Shown here: one piece after another, positions 30,225 to 42,151 of the stretch
Position numbering within the stretch: the stretch's first letter is position 1
Layout: every line of letters starts with the position of its first letter
NCBI GenBank assembly: GCA_030740435.1
Contig: JASLXG010000066.1
Location: 24,603 to 88,602, forward strand
Length of the DNA stretch: 64,000 nucleotides
Source: Alphaproteobacteria bacterium
GTDB taxonomy: Bacteria; Pseudomonadota; Alphaproteobacteria; UBA2966
Reading direction: 5' to 3'
Translations under genes and position numbers: made by a program
The notes under the pieces: generated by a model
The model's database searches: none
The model's input: only the letters and a program-made list of their open reading frames with translations
What the model was told of the DNA's origin: nothing

Positions 30225-31865
30225 CTAATCGGCGGCGGCGAAGACCCGGCCGCCCAGCACCGTGCCCCAGACCGGTACGTCACGTAGTGTTTCGGGCGCC
30301 ACCAGCAGTGGGTCGTCTTCGAGCACCGCGAAATCGGCCCGCTTGCCGACCTCGATGGAGCCGATCTCGTGGTCCAGCTTCAAGGTATAGGCGGCGCCCT
30401 GGGTGATGGCGTAAAGGGCGTCGGCCGTGCTGATGCGCTCCTCGGGCCCCAGCACCTGGCCCGAAGCCGTCAGGCGATTTACGGCGCACCAGGCGGTAAA
30501 AAGCGGCCCCAAGGGCGTCACCGGGGCGTCGGAATGGATGGCAAAGGGCACGCCCCAGCGCTTGGCCGTGTTGGCCGCATCCATGCGCTTGGCCCGATCG
30601 GGTCCCAAGGTGGTGGCCAGGTGCTCGTCGCCCCAATAGTAGATGTGGTTGGCAAAGAGATTGACGCAGATGCCGAGGCGCGCCATGCGGCGGAACTGGG
30701 CCTCGTCGGCCATCTGGCAGTGCTGCAGGGTGTGGCGGTGGTCGGGCCGGGGCGAACGCGCCAGCACCGCCTCGACGGCCTCGATGGCGAGTTCCGAGGC
30801 CTCATCGGCGTTGGCGTGGATGAAGACCTGCAGGCCGCCGTCATGATAGCCGCCGAGCACCTCCTCGAGCTCGTCCGGCGTCACGTTCCAGACGCCGTTG
30901 GCGGCGCCGTTGTAGTAACCCGGCCACTTGAGCCGCCCCGTGAAGCCCTGGATCGAGCCGTCGGTGACCAGCTTGACGATGCCGAAGTGGAGTTTTTCGT
31001 GGTTGAGCTTCTTGAGCTCGTGCACCCTGGCCACGCCATCACGAGCCGGCATCGAGGAGCCGCCGAAAGCCGGCACGATACGAAAACGAAAATCCTCGCG
31101 CCGGGTGCATTCGAGCATGCTGGCGACGGCCTCGTCGGGGGCTGCGTTGTAGAGATCGGTGGCGGTGGTGACGCCGGTCTGGCAGGCGATGCGGCCGAAG
31201 TTCTCCAGCGACTGGGGCTCGCCCACCTCGGAGAAATAATCCACCCCCATGGTGCTCAGCGCCATGAACTTGGCGGCCATCTCCTGCAATTCGCCGTTGG
31301 GCTCGCCGGCCGCGTCCTTGACGATGCCCTCGACGTTGGTGGCGGCCGTGATGTTGGCTCCCTCCAGGACCGCCGAGTTGACGTTCATGATGTGGAAGTT
31401 GGAATGCACCACGGCCACCTGGCGGCGCTGGGAGACGGCGTCGAGATCCTGGCGGTTCATGCGCCGGCCCTCGAAATAGATGGGATCGAAGCCCCAGGCC
31501 ACCAACGGCGCGTCTGCGTCCGGCATTTCGCTTTCCACCTGGCAGAGCCGCTCGACCACCGCCTCGATGCTGGTCAGGCCTTCGTGTAGCTGGCCGTCGG
31601 GTCCCGTGCGGGCATGGGAACCGGCGTACTGGTAGCGCCAGATGCTGCCCTCCATGAGGTGGCAGTGGCCTTCCACGAACCCCGGCAGCAGCACCTTGTC
31701 GGCAAAGCGCTCATCGAGCGTGTAGTCGCCCCAGCCGGCCAGCTCGTCGAGCCGGCCCACGCCCAGGATACAGCCCTGGCGCACGGCCACATGGCTGGCC
31801 TCGGGCTGGTAGCGGTTCATGGTGATTATTTTGCGCGCGCTGAAGACGGTGGTCTCGCCGGACAT
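30225..31865 (-). CDS. metal-dependent amidohydrolase (Amidohydro_3 / YtcJ-like)
   Basis: GFVEGHCHL (HxH) near the N-terminus, and FAIHSDAPV. 546 aa from ATG 31865 (RBS GGAGAAG). Confidence 0.75.
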   Translation of the reverse strand: MSGETTVFSARKIITMNRYQPEASHVAVRQGCILGVGRLDELAGWGDYTLDERFADKVLLPGFVEGHCHLMEGSIWRYQYAGSHARTGPDGQLHEGLTSIEAVVERLCQVESEMPDADAPLVAWGFDPIYFEGRRMNRQDLDAVSQRRQVAVVHSNFHIMNVNSAVLEGANITAATNVEGIVKDAAGEPNGELQEMAAKFMALSTMGVDYFSEVGEPQSLENFGRIACQTGVTTATDLYNAAPDEAVASMLECTRREDFRFRIVPAFGGSSMPARDGVARVHELKKLNHEKLHFGIVKLVTDGSIQGFTGRLKWPGYYNGAANGVWNVTPDELEEVLGGYHDGGLQVFIHANADEASELAIEAVEAVLARSPRPDHRHTLQHCQMADEAQFRRMARLGICVNLFANHIYYWGDEHLATTLGPDRAKRMDAANTAKRWGVPFAIHSDAPVTPLGPLFTAWCAVNRLTASGQVLGPEERISTADALYAITQGAAYTLKLDHEIGSIEVGKRADFAVLEDDPLLVAPETLRDVPVWGTVLGGRVFAAAD

Positions 31866-32009
31866 TCTTCTTCTCCGCAAACTGGGGATCGGGCAGTGTG
31901 TGCCGCCGCCGATCATGAACCTAGGACCAAGCCGCCTCAAGCGTCTGGTCCAGGGGCTTGGGCGCGGCTATATTTGGCGCCCCGTGAACCAGCATGCCGG
32001 AGAATCCCT

Positions 32010-33152
32010 GTGAAGTTCGATACCAAAGTCGTGCGCGCCGGAATCACCCCCGACCCCACCACCGGCTCGATCGTGCCGCCGATCTACGAGACCGCCACCT
32101 ACGTTCTGCCCGAAGTCGGCCGCGACAAGGGTTTCGACTACACGCGCTCCTCCAACCCCACGCGCCAGGTGCTGGAAGCCAACCTGGCGGCCATCGAGGG
32201 CGGTGCCCATGGCATCTGCTTTTCCTCGGGCATGTCGGCCGTCGACACCTGCCTCAAGCTCTTGAGCGCCGGCGACCACGTGGTTTGCTCCGACGACGTC
32301 TACGGCGGCGTCTCGCGCCACTTCAACAAGGTGCTGGCGCGCTACGGCCTGACCTTTACTTACGTCGATTCATCGAGCCCCGACCTGGTGCGACAGGCCG
32401 TGCGGCCCGAGACCAAGATGCTCTGGGTCGAAACGCCGACCAATCCGCTGCTCAAGGTCACCGACCTGGACGCCATGTCGGCCATCGCCAAGGAACATGA
32501 CCTCTACTTCGGCGTCGATTCGACCTTCGCCACGCCGGTTTTCCTCAGGCCGCTGGAGTTCGGCGCCGACATCGTCATGCACTCGACCACCAAGTACCTG
32601 GCCGGCCACAACCAGATCATCGGCGGCACCCTGATCACCAACCGCGACGACCTGCGCGACGAGTTCAAGTTCATCCAAAAAACCATCGGCGCCGTGCCCA
32701 GCCCCTTCGACTGCTGGCTGACGCTGGCCGGCATCAAGACGTTGCATTTGCGCATGGAGCGCCACGCCGCGAACGCCCAGAAGGTGGCCGAATACCTGGA
32801 AGCCCACGCCAAGGTGGCCTCCGTCAGCTACCCCGGCCTCCCCTCCCACCCCCAGCACGCCGTGGCCAAGGCCCAGATGTCGGGCTTTTCCGGCATGATC
32901 TCGTTCGAGCTCAAGGGTGGTATTCCGGCCGGCACGACGCTGATGAACACGGTCGAGCTTTGCGCCCTGGCCGAAAGCCTGGGCGCCGTCGAGACCATGA
33001 TCACGCATCCGGCGACCATGACCCACGCCGAGGTGCCGGCCGAGGACCGTCACGCGCGTGGGCTAAGCGACGGCCTGGTGCGCTTGAGCGTCGGCATCGA
33101 AGACGCCGACGACATCATCGCCGATCTCGATCAGGCCCTGGCGGTGGCTTAA
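32010..33152 (+). CDS. PLP-dependent trans-sulfuration enzyme (cystathionine beta-lyase/gamma-synthase family)
   Basis: YTRSSNPT, and HSTTKYLAGHN with the PLP lysine. C-terminal GLVRLSVGIED. GTG 32010 after GGAGA; the upstream part of track ORF 31614 is antisense to the amidohydrolase and is rejected. Confidence 0.8.
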   Translation: MKFDTKVVRAGITPDPTTGSIVPPIYETATYVLPEVGRDKGFDYTRSSNPTRQVLEANLAAIEGGAHGICFSSGMSAVDTCLKLLSAGDHVVCSDDVYGGVSRHFNKVLARYGLTFTYVDSSSPDLVRQAVRPETKMLWVETPTNPLLKVTDLDAMSAIAKEHDLYFGVDSTFATPVFLRPLEFGADIVMHSTTKYLAGHNQIIGGTLITNRDDLRDEFKFIQKTIGAVPSPFDCWLTLAGIKTLHLRMERHAANAQKVAEYLEAHAKVASVSYPGLPSHPQHAVAKAQMSGFSGMISFELKGGIPAGTTLMNTVELCALAESLGAVETMITHPATMTHAEVPAEDRHARGLSDGLVRLSVGIEDADDIIADLDQALAVA

Positions 33153-33171
33153 GCCGCGGGGGCGGCGCCCC

Positions 33172-33699
33172 TTATTCGCCCTCGAATTCGCACAGCGTCA
33201 TCACCTTGACGTCGAGCGCTTCGAGCCGTTGGCGGCCGCCGATGTCGGGCAGGTCGACGACGAAGCAACACCCCACCACCTCGCCGCCGGCCTGGCGGAT
33301 CAGCTTGACGGCGGCCTCGGCGGTGCCGCCGGTGGCGATCAGGTCGTCGACCAGCAGCACCTGATCGCCGCGGCGCACCGCGTCCTGGTGCATCTCGACC
33401 TCGTCGGTGCCGTACTCCAGCTCGTACTCCTCGGAGAAGGTCTTGTGCGGCAGCTTGCCTTTCTTGCGCACCGGCACGAAGCCGACGCTCAATTGATGGG
33501 CCACGGCGCCGCCCAGGATGAAGCCCCGGGCCTCGATGCCGGCGACCACGTCGATGCGCTGGCCGGCATAGGGCTGGACCAGCTCGTCGACCACCTTGCG
33601 GAAGCCGAAGGGGTCCTGGAGCAGCGTCGTGATGTCGCGGAACATGATCCCGTCCTGGGGGTAGTTCGGGATGGTGCGGATACGGGATTTGATCGGCAT
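33172..33699 (-). CDS. apt: adenine phosphoribosyltransferase
   Basis: 175 aa. [15 protein letters not shown], plus the PRPP motif [22 protein letters not shown]. Confidence 0.9.
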   Translation of the reverse strand: MPIKSRIRTIPNYPQDGIMFRDITTLLQDPFGFRKVVDELVQPYAGQRIDVVAGIEARGFILGGAVAHQLSVGFVPVRKKGKLPHKTFSEEYELEYGTDEVEMHQDAVRRGDQVLLVDDLIATGGTAEAAVKLIRQAGGEVVGCCFVVDLPDIGGRQRLEALDVKVMTLCEFEGE

Positions 33700-33719
33700 G
33701 GTCGCCTCCGGGCCGGCCT

Positions 33720-34607
<888 letters not shown>

Positions 34608-34681
34608 TCTGCCGCCCTATTGATTGCCGATTGCCAAACCCGGGCGGCAGATTAGCGGGGAAAACCCAGCCCGACTATGCC

Positions 34682-35455
34682 CTAATGCACGTCGGCCCAG
34701 ACCCGGCGCTTGGTCAGGTAGAAGAGCCCGGTCAGGATGATGAGAAAGATCATCACCTTGAAGCCCAGCCGCTTGCGCGCCTCGAGGGTGGGCTCGGCCG
34801 CCCACATCAGGAAGTGGACCACGTCGTGGGACTGCTGCGCCACGGTCGCCTTGGTGCCGTCGGCGTATTCCACGCCCTCGTCGAAGATGGGCTCGGGCAT
34901 GGCGATCTGGTGCCCCGGGAAATAGGGGTTGTAGGCCATGCCCTCGGCCAATTCCACGCCCTCCGGGGCTTCGCGGTAGCCCGAGAGCAGCGAATAGATG
35001 TAGTCGTGAAAGCCCGGTCGGGCCTTGACGATGAGCGAAAGGTCCGGCGGCAGGGCGCCGTTGTTGGCCGACCGGGCGGCGTTGGCGTTGGGGTAGGGAT
35101 CGAGGAAATAGTCCGAAAGCCGGGCCGGCCGGTCGAACATCTCGCCCTCGTCGTTGGGCCCGTCCTGGACCTCGAACTCGGCGGCAAAGGCCTTGGCCTG
35201 GTCCTGGCTCAGCCCGATCTCGGTGAGATTCCGAAAGGCGATGTATTCCAGGCCGTGGCAGCCGGCGCAGACCTCCTGGTAGACCTGCAGCCCGCGCTGC
35301 AGCGCCGCCCGGTCGAAAGTGCCGAAGAAGCCTTCGAAGGTCCAGCCCGGCGATTTGGGTTTTTCGACCACGCCCGAGGCCTGGGCCGGGGCGGCGGAAA
35401 GCGCCAGGGCGGCCAGAGCCGCCAGCAGCGTGGCCTTCATGCCGAGCGCCTTCAT
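34682..35455 (-). CDS. petC: cytochrome c1 of the bc1 complex
   Basis: Signal peptide. CAGCHG motif. C-terminal anchor helix. 4-nt overlap with petB. Confidence 0.9.
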   Translation of the reverse strand: MKALGMKATLLAALAALALSAAPAQASGVVEKPKSPGWTFEGFFGTFDRAALQRGLQVYQEVCAGCHGLEYIAFRNLTEIGLSQDQAKAFAAEFEVQDGPNDEGEMFDRPARLSDYFLDPYPNANAARSANNGALPPDLSLIVKARPGFHDYIYSLLSGYREAPEGVELAEGMAYNPYFPGHQIAMPEPIFDEGVEYADGTKATVAQQSHDVVHFLMWAAEPTLEARKRLGFKVMIFLIILTGLFYLTKRRVWADVH

Positions 35456-36705
35456 GGCCCCGCCTCCGCTTTGGCGGCGTCCGGTTTTCGCGCCTTGTCG
35501 AGCACCGCCTGGGCGATCGAATCGGGCAACGGCTTGGGCGTTTCGAGCCAGCCCACCAGCGGCATGACGAGGAGGAAATGGGCGAAATAGTAGGCCGTGG
35601 CGATGCGTCCGATGAGCACGTAGTAGCCCTCGGCCGGGTTGGCGCCGATCCAGCCCAGCACGATGCAGTCGATCACCAGGATCCAGAAAAACTGCTTGTA
35701 GATGGGCCTGAAGGTGGACGAGCGCACGCGCGAGGTGTCGAGCCAGGGAATGACGAACAGCACCGCCACCGCGGCAAACATCAAGATCACGCCGCCCAGC
35801 TTGTCAGGCAAAGCGCGCAAAATGGCGTAGAAGGGCAGGAAATACCATTCCGGCACGATATGCGCCGGCGTGGCCATGGGATTGGCCGGAATGTAGTTGT
35901 CGGGATGGCCCATGTAGTTGGGCCGGTAGAAGACGAAATAGGCCAGCACCAGCAGGAAGACGCCCAGCCCCACCAGATCCTTGGTGGTGTAGTAGGGATG
36001 GAAGGGCAGGGTGTCCTGTGGGCCCTTGATCTCGATGCCGAGCGGATTGTTCGACTTGTGTACGTGCAGCGCCCAGATGTGCACGATGACCACGGCGGCG
36101 ATGACGAAGGGCAGCAGGTAATGCAGGCTGTAGAAGCGTTTGAGCGTCGAGTTGTCGACGGCGAAGGCGCCCCACAGCCAGATCACGATGTCCTCGCCGA
36201 CCAGCGGCACGGCGGAAAACAGGTTGGTGATGACGGTGGCGGCCCAGAAGCTCATCTGGCCCCAGGGCAGCACGTAGCCCATGAAGGCCGTAGTCATCAT
36301 CAGCAGCAGCAGGATGACGCCCAGCCCCCAAAGCAGCTCACGGGGATACTTGTAGGAGCCGTAATAGAGGCCGCGGAAGATGTGCACGTACATGCAGAAG
36401 AAAAACAGCGCACTGGCGTTGGCGTGGATGTAGCGGATCAGCCAGCCATAGTTGACGTTGCGCATGATGTGCTCGACGCTGCCGAAGGCGAGGTCGGAGT
36501 GCGGCACGTAGTGCATGGCCAGCACGACGCCGCTGACGATCTGGATGACCAGGGCGATGCCGGCCAATGATCCGAAATTCCACCAGTAGCTCATGTTCTT
36601 CGGCGAGGGATAGTTGGTGCCGACCGAATCGTTGATGAAGGTGAAGATCGGCAGCCGGTACTCGATCCAGTTGACGACCGCTTGTGTGATACCGCGGGAT
36701 GCCAT
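35452..36705 (-). CDS. petB: cytochrome b of the bc1 complex
   Basis: 417 aa. [15 protein letters not shown], the [13 protein letters not shown] motif, and His pairs in helices B and D. Confidence 0.95.
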   Translation of the reverse strand: MASRGITQAVVNWIEYRLPIFTFINDSVGTNYPSPKNMSYWWNFGSLAGIALVIQIVSGVVLAMHYVPHSDLAFGSVEHIMRNVNYGWLIRYIHANASALFFFCMYVHIFRGLYYGSYKYPRELLWGLGVILLLLMMTTAFMGYVLPWGQMSFWAATVITNLFSAVPLVGEDIVIWLWGAFAVDNSTLKRFYSLHYLLPFVIAAVVIVHIWALHVHKSNNPLGIEIKGPQDTLPFHPYYTTKDLVGLGVFLLVLAYFVFYRPNYMGHPDNYIPANPMATPAHIVPEWYFLPFYAILRALPDKLGGVILMFAAVAVLFVIPWLDTSRVRSSTFRPIYKQFFWILVIDCIVLGWIGANPAEGYYVLIGRIATAYYFAHFLLVMPLVGWLETPKPLPDSIAQAVLDKARKPDAAKAEAGP

Positions 36706-36714
36706 GATCCGCCC

Positions 36715-37266
36715 CTAACCCAGCTTGACGGTGGTGTCGTCGAGGAACTCATATTTCGGCACCTCGAGGTTGGTCGGTGCCGGCCCCAGGCGGATGCGGC
36801 CCGAGGTGTCGTAGTGCGAGCCGTGGCAGGGACAGAACCAGCCCCCGAATTTGCCCTTGGGCTCGGTGTCCTTCTGGCCCAGCGGCACGCAGCCGAGATG
36901 GGTGCAGACGCCGACCATGACCAGCCACTGGGGTTTCTGCACGCGCTCGGCATCGCTTTCGGGATGCGGCAGCTCGGCGCCGTCGTCGGCCCGGGCCTGG
37001 GCGATTTCCTTCTCCGTGCGGTAGCGCACGAAAGCCGGCTTGCCGCGCCACTTGACGGTGATGGCCTGGCCCGGCTCGAGGGGCGAGAGATCGACCTCGA
37101 TCGAGGCCAGCGCCAAGACGTCGGCGGTGGGATTCATCTGGTCGATGAAGGGCCAGGTGGCCAGGGCGGTGCCGACGGCGGTGAAGGCGCCGGTCGCTAT
37201 ATAGAGGAAATCACGCCGGGTGGTGCCCTCGGCGGGATCGGAATCGGGTGTTGTGGTCGACATCAA
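36715..37266 (-). CDS. petA: ubiquinol-cytochrome c reductase Rieske iron-sulfur subunit
   Basis: CTHLGCVP and CPCHGSHYD boxes. TAT-like N-terminus (RRDFLY). Confidence 0.95.
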   Translation of the reverse strand: MMSTTTPDSDPAEGTTRRDFLYIATGAFTAVGTALATWPFIDQMNPTADVLALASIEVDLSPLEPGQAITVKWRGKPAFVRYRTEKEIAQARADDGAELPHPESDAERVQKPQWLVMVGVCTHLGCVPLGQKDTEPKGKFGGWFCPCHGSHYDTSGRIRLGPAPTNLEVPKYEFLDDTTVKLG

Positions 37267-37693
37267 CTAACCATCCAATGGCGGGCCATTCAGCCCCGGG
37301 GCTGGAGTTGGGCGCCCTTTTTTCATGAATCCGGCGCCATGTCCAGAGTCCCAGGCCGTGGCGGGTGGCGGCCTTTGAAGCCTGTCCCCACTCGGCGATT
37401 GTTCTAAAGTGCAGGTCCTGCCCGAGGAGATGCCATGGCCACGGCAAAAGGCGACAAACAACGCCTCCAGGCTCGGACCCGGTTCTAGAGCATGTCGAGG
37501 ACGAATTCAGCGCTTGCCCCCTGCCGCCCGGCGCAAAATGGCCCTGAGGCCGCGCCGATATGTCCCTGTGGCGCCCCTCCCCGTCCCGGGCACGGCGGAA
37601 CATATTTCCGGGCGTCTGGGCAAGGCTTGGCCGAAGGGTCGGTTCTTGCCCTCGGCAGAATTTTCAAGACGTTGATTTTAAATGATTTTTTGC

Positions 37694-37708
37694 TGGCACG
37701 GGGCTTGC
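37694..37708 (+). promoter_or_regulatory. sigma-54 (-24/-12) promoter
   Basis: TGGCACGGGGCTTGC matches TGGCAC-N5-TTGC exactly (GG at 37695-37696, GC at 37707-37708). Preceded by an AT-rich tract (TTGATTTTAAATGATTTTTTG). About 100 nt upstream of ATG 37807. Confidence 0.55.
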
Positions 37709-37806
37709 TAAATAGGTAGCGGGCAGTGGGCTTATTCGAGCCGCAAACGGTCCACGGCCCAGGGAAGACCCATCAGAGGTCATCGCACCAAGATAGGGAA
37801 AGACCC

Positions 37807-38250
37807 ATGACATCCACCCCAGCCAACGCCGAATGGGCGTATCAGGCGTCAGCGCGCAGGATCCCGACCGACTATGTCGCGACGGTCCAGCCGATGGCGT
37901 CAGCGGCTCCCGAACCTGAACCGGGCAACCGGTATCAGGGCATCGTCTCGCGCTACAATGTGGGCACGATGACCGGGACCGAAGCAGTGCGGTTCGCCAA
38001 CGACCTCATTGCGACGGGCGTGGAAGAAACCGATGCCCTTGCCGTCACGCTGCCCATCACCAGCCGCAACCTGTTGCTGTCGGTGGGTAAGGCCAGCACG
38101 GCTCCCAAGACCGAGAACTGGAACGACGTGGTGCGCCATCATCAGGCCCAGCACGAACTGGCGCAACGACGCGCCAGCAAGAATTACGCGTATCAGCTCG
38201 AGCGGCTGATCACGCTGGCTCAGGACCTGCAGGAGGCTGAAGCAGCCTGA
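37807..38250 (+). CDS. hypothetical protein (147 aa), no recognisable family
   Basis: ORF with plausible codon usage. ATG 37807 is preferred over track start 37726. No motif recognised. Confidence 0.4.
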   Translation: MTSTPANAEWAYQASARRIPTDYVATVQPMASAAPEPEPGNRYQGIVSRYNVGTMTGTEAVRFANDLIATGVEETDALAVTLPITSRNLLLSVGKASTAPKTENWNDVVRHHQAQHELAQRRASKNYAYQLERLITLAQDLQEAEAA

Positions 38251-38289
38251 GCCACCTTGCCGCCTCCCCAGACGGATACCAAGGGCCGG

Positions 38290-39531
38290 CTAAACGCCGG
38301 CCTTTCCTTTTGCGGCTGCCAGCTGCACCAGCTTCTCCAGGCAGGCTTCCCGCCCGGCCTGAAAGTCACCGTCGAGCCACCAGTCCTCGGCGGCGGCCAA
38401 CAGGCAACCGACCTGGGGGCCAGGGCTGATGCCAAGCGCCAGCACATCGTCACCGTCGACGGGCAGAACCGGCACCGTCCAGTCGTTGGCCAGGGCCAGA
38501 TGCGCCGCCCAGCGCCCGTCTTCGGGACGTTCGGCCCAGCGCAGGTAGGCGGCATCGGCAAAACCCTCGGCCCCCAGACCATAGACGGCCCGGCGCGCAC
38601 CTGCCGGGTCGAGGTCGGTCTCCAGCGTGGCCTCGGCCAGGGCCCGGAGCCGCTCGCCCTGGGCCCGCGAGAGCTTGAGGCGGCGGGCCAGGCTTTGCGC
38701 TCCAGCGCCGTCGACGGCCAACAGCGCGCCCAGGCGGCGCAGCGGGTCGGGATCGTCGCCATCCAGCCCTACCAGCCCGGCCAGGCGCCGCAGCCTGCGC
38801 GCCTCGGGCACTATCTCGGCCAGGATGTCGCAGTCCGCCATGACATTCAGCGCCGGCCCCGGATCCCGGGCCGCCAGCAGCTTCAAAAGCTCGGCCGCCA
38901 CCCGTTCCGCCGACAGCCTCGACAAGCCAGCCCGGGCCTGACGGCAGGCGGCCAGGGCCGCGGCATCGATGGGCGGCCGGCCGAAATGGGCGTAGAAGCG
39001 GAAAAAGCGCAGGATGCGCAGATAATCCTCCTTGATGCGCTGTTCGGCCTGGCCGACAAAGCGCACCCGGCCGGCCTCGAGGTCGGCGCGGCCCTGGCAA
39101 GGGTCGTAGAGCGTGCCGTCGGCATCGAGGTATAGCGCGTTCATGGTGAAGTCGCGGCGCCCGGCGTCGGTCAGCCAGTCGCCCTCGAAGGCCACCTGGG
39201 CGTGGCGTCCGTCGCTTTCGACGTCGCGCCTGAGCGTCGTGATCTCGAAGTGGCGCCGGCCGCTGACGGCGGTGACGGTGCCGTGCTCGAGACCGCTGGG
39301 CAGGGCCTTGAGGCCGGCCGCCGTCAGCCGTTCCATGACGCGCTCGGGCGGCTCCGGGGTGGCCAGGTCGATATCGCCGTCAGCCGGCACCGGCCTTCCC
39401 AGCACGGTGTCGCGCACGGCGCCGCCGACGTAGCGCACCGGGGCGCCGCCGGCCGTCAGCGCCGCCATCACTGCCGTGCTCTCGGCCGCCAGCATCCAGG
39501 GCGCGGGCGCCAGGCGGTCGACCGGCTGCAT
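38290..39531 (-). CDS. cca: CCA-adding enzyme / tRNA nucleotidyltransferase (poly(A) polymerase family)
   Basis: YVGGAVRDTVLGR...DIDLAT nucleotidyltransferase motif. RRDFTMNAL and EDYLRILRFFRF. Start ATG 39531; the 599-aa track ORF is an unstopped 5' extension. Confidence 0.8.
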   Translation of the reverse strand: MQPVDRLAPAPWMLAAESTAVMAALTAGGAPVRYVGGAVRDTVLGRPVPADGDIDLATPEPPERVMERLTAAGLKALPSGLEHGTVTAVSGRRHFEITTLRRDVESDGRHAQVAFEGDWLTDAGRRDFTMNALYLDADGTLYDPCQGRADLEAGRVRFVGQAEQRIKEDYLRILRFFRFYAHFGRPPIDAAALAACRQARAGLSRLSAERVAAELLKLLAARDPGPALNVMADCDILAEIVPEARRLRRLAGLVGLDGDDPDPLRRLGALLAVDGAGAQSLARRLKLSRAQGERLRALAEATLETDLDPAGARRAVYGLGAEGFADAAYLRWAERPEDGRWAAHLALANDWTVPVLPVDGDDVLALGISPGPQVGCLLAAAEDWWLDGDFQAGREACLEKLVQLAAAKGKAGV

Positions 39532-39539
39532 GGGGCTCA

Positions 39540-39806
39540 CTACTTCCTGCTGCCCGGGACGATGCGGCCATCCTCGAGCCGGGCCGGCGTGTAGTCGCCC
39601 TCGATACTGTCGACGGTGGTGAAGCGGACGATGAAAAGCGAGGCGATCAACAACACCACGCCGACGATGGTCAGCCACATCCAGGGTGCTTCGCGCCAGC
39701 CCTGTTGCTGGCCGTGGCGGCGCAGCCGGCCCAGCCCTATCCACAGCCCGTAGGCCAGGAAGGGCAGCAGGAAGGGAATGGCGTACTTGAGGATTTTCCA
39801 GATCAT
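39540..39806 (-). CDS. small 2-TM membrane protein
   Basis: 88 aa with two hydrophobic helices. 4-nt overlap with the upstream Nudix gene. Confidence 0.5.
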   Translation of the reverse strand: MIWKILKYAIPFLLPFLAYGLWIGLGRLRRHGQQQGWREAPWMWLTIVGVVLLIASLFIVRFTTVDSIEGDYTPARLEDGRIVPGSRK

Positions 39807-40456
39807 GGCGCCGCCACTTTGCCGTGGAGTTTGCCGTAGAGGTTGACCAGCATGCCCGCCGTGGCCCCCCAGATGAAGCGTTTTTGGTAGTTGATGACAT
39901 AAAACTGCCGGCGCTGGCCCTGCCAGATCTGGCTGCGGCGTTCGTGGTTGGCCGGGTCGAAGACGAAAGCCAGCGGCACCTCGAAAACCTCCGCCACTTC
40001 GAAATCGTCGAGCTCGAGGGTATAGCCGGAATCGACGAAGCCCACCACCGGCGTGATGCGAAAGCCGGTGCCGGTTTCGTAGGTGTCAAGGAACCCCAGA
40101 ATTTCCACCAGATCGGGCTGGATACCGATCTCCTCGTCGGTCTCGCGCAATGCCGCGGCCACGGCGTCGGCGTCGACGCTCTCGATGCTGCCGCCGGGGA
40201 AGCTGATTTGGCCGGCGTGGTCGTTGAGATGTTCGGTGCGCTGGGTCAGCAGGACCGAGGTGCCGTCCCGGCGCTCGACCAGCGGCACCAGCACGGCGGC
40301 CGGCTTCATGGCGCGGCCGTCGAGGCTTGAGCGATAATCGGGATTGAGATCGAAATCGCCGCGCAGATCGCCGCTGCCGCTGCCGCTGTCCGCGTCGTCG
40401 AGGGGATGGAGGCTGCTCTCCAGGCGCACACGTAGATCCCGCATAGGGCTAGTCAT
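39803..40456 (-). CDS. CoA pyrophosphatase (Nudix hydrolase)
   Basis: Nudix box GGSIESVDADAVAAALRETDEEIG, and LLTQRTEHLNDHAGQISFPGG. Start is ambiguous (ATG 40456 or 40444). Confidence 0.75.
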   Translation of the reverse strand: MTSPMRDLRVRLESSLHPLDDADSGSGSGDLRGDFDLNPDYRSSLDGRAMKPAAVLVPLVERRDGTSVLLTQRTEHLNDHAGQISFPGGSIESVDADAVAAALRETDEEIGIQPDLVEILGFLDTYETGTGFRITPVVGFVDSGYTLELDDFEVAEVFEVPLAFVFDPANHERRSQIWQGQRRQFYVINYQKRFIWGATAGMLVNLYGKLHGKVAAP

Positions 40457-41042
40457 CGAGCCGGCCCAGGTCGAACCAGGTGCCGGCGCTCCGCACCGCC
40501 AGCACCGGTCCCTGGGCGCCCGGGCGCTCGATGCCATGGTCGACCAGTTGGTAATAGACCGCCCGCCCGATCAGGGCCTCGAGGCCGTCGCGCACCAGCA
40601 CGTAGGGTGCCGGCCCGCCGCTCACGGCTTCGTGATCGACGCGGATGGGATGGCGGGCATCGGCCGTGACCTCGTCGTCCAGGTTGGTGCGGAAGGTCAG
40701 GCGCTGGCCCTGGCCCTGGCCCGTGACATTGAGTTCCACCGCCACGAAGGGCGCGTCGTCGACCTGGATGCGGCCCTTCTCATAGGGCGTCTCTAGGTAG
40801 TAGTGACCGTCGTTTTCACGCTTCAGCACGCTGGCGAACAGCTTGACCAGTGGTTTGCGGCGGATCGGCGAAGCGTGATAAAACCAAGTTCCATCGCGGC
40901 CGATGCGAATGTCGATGTCAGCCCACATTGGCTCCCCGGGGGGAGCGGCAGTAGGCCGACGTCCACCGCTTGCTGCGGGGCCCATTTGATCCCCGTGCAA
41001 AAAAGCCGCCCAGGCGGCGGCATCGCTGGGTGTTTTCGACAT
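40449..41042 (-). CDS. DUF1285-family protein
   Basis: DGTWFYHASPIRRKPLVKLFASVLKRENDGHYYLETPYEKGRIQVDDAPF. Start ATG 41042 or 41051; the 399-aa track ORF is over-extended. Confidence 0.65.
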   Translation of the reverse strand: MSKTPSDAAAWAAFLHGDQMGPAASGGRRPTAAPPGEPMWADIDIRIGRDGTWFYHASPIRRKPLVKLFASVLKRENDGHYYLETPYEKGRIQVDDAPFVAVELNVTGQGQGQRLTFRTNLDDEVTADARHPIRVDHEAVSGGPAPYVLVRDGLEALIGRAVYYQLVDHGIERPGAQGPVLAVRSAGTWFDLGRLDD

Positions 41043-41076
41043 GGCCGTCATTTTCGTGGCGAATTCGGAGGTAACG

Positions 41077-42132
<1,056 letters not shown>

Positions 42133-42151
42133 GCGGGTGGGGGGCAGCGCC

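Noticed and set aside
31614-32009. 5' extension of the trans-sulfuration enzyme ORF (track start 31614).
   Set aside because: The extension is antisense to the amidohydrolase coding region and lacks family similarity. GTG 32010 with a GGAGA RBS gives a normal-length 380-aa protein.
34682-37266. Possibility that the bc1 operon belongs to the novel island.
   Set aside because: It is on the opposite strand and separated by about 11 kb of unrelated metabolic genes. It also has fully canonical motifs and typical alphaproteobacterial neighbours (mtnP, apt). It is treated as the housekeeping complex.
37618-37651. Inverted repeat GGGCAAG...CTTGCCC in the petA / orphan-gene intergenic region, as a possible terminator or riboswitch stem.
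   Set aside because: Only a 7-bp stem with a 20-nt loop and no T-tract. No upstream gene on either strand would need termination here.
38290-40089. 599-aa ORF suggesting a large fusion protein upstream of the CCA-adding enzyme.
   Set aside because: Only the C-terminal 413 aa (from ATG 39531) look like cca. The N-terminal part overlaps the well-supported small membrane protein and Nudix genes in another frame and is Arg/Pro-rich noise.
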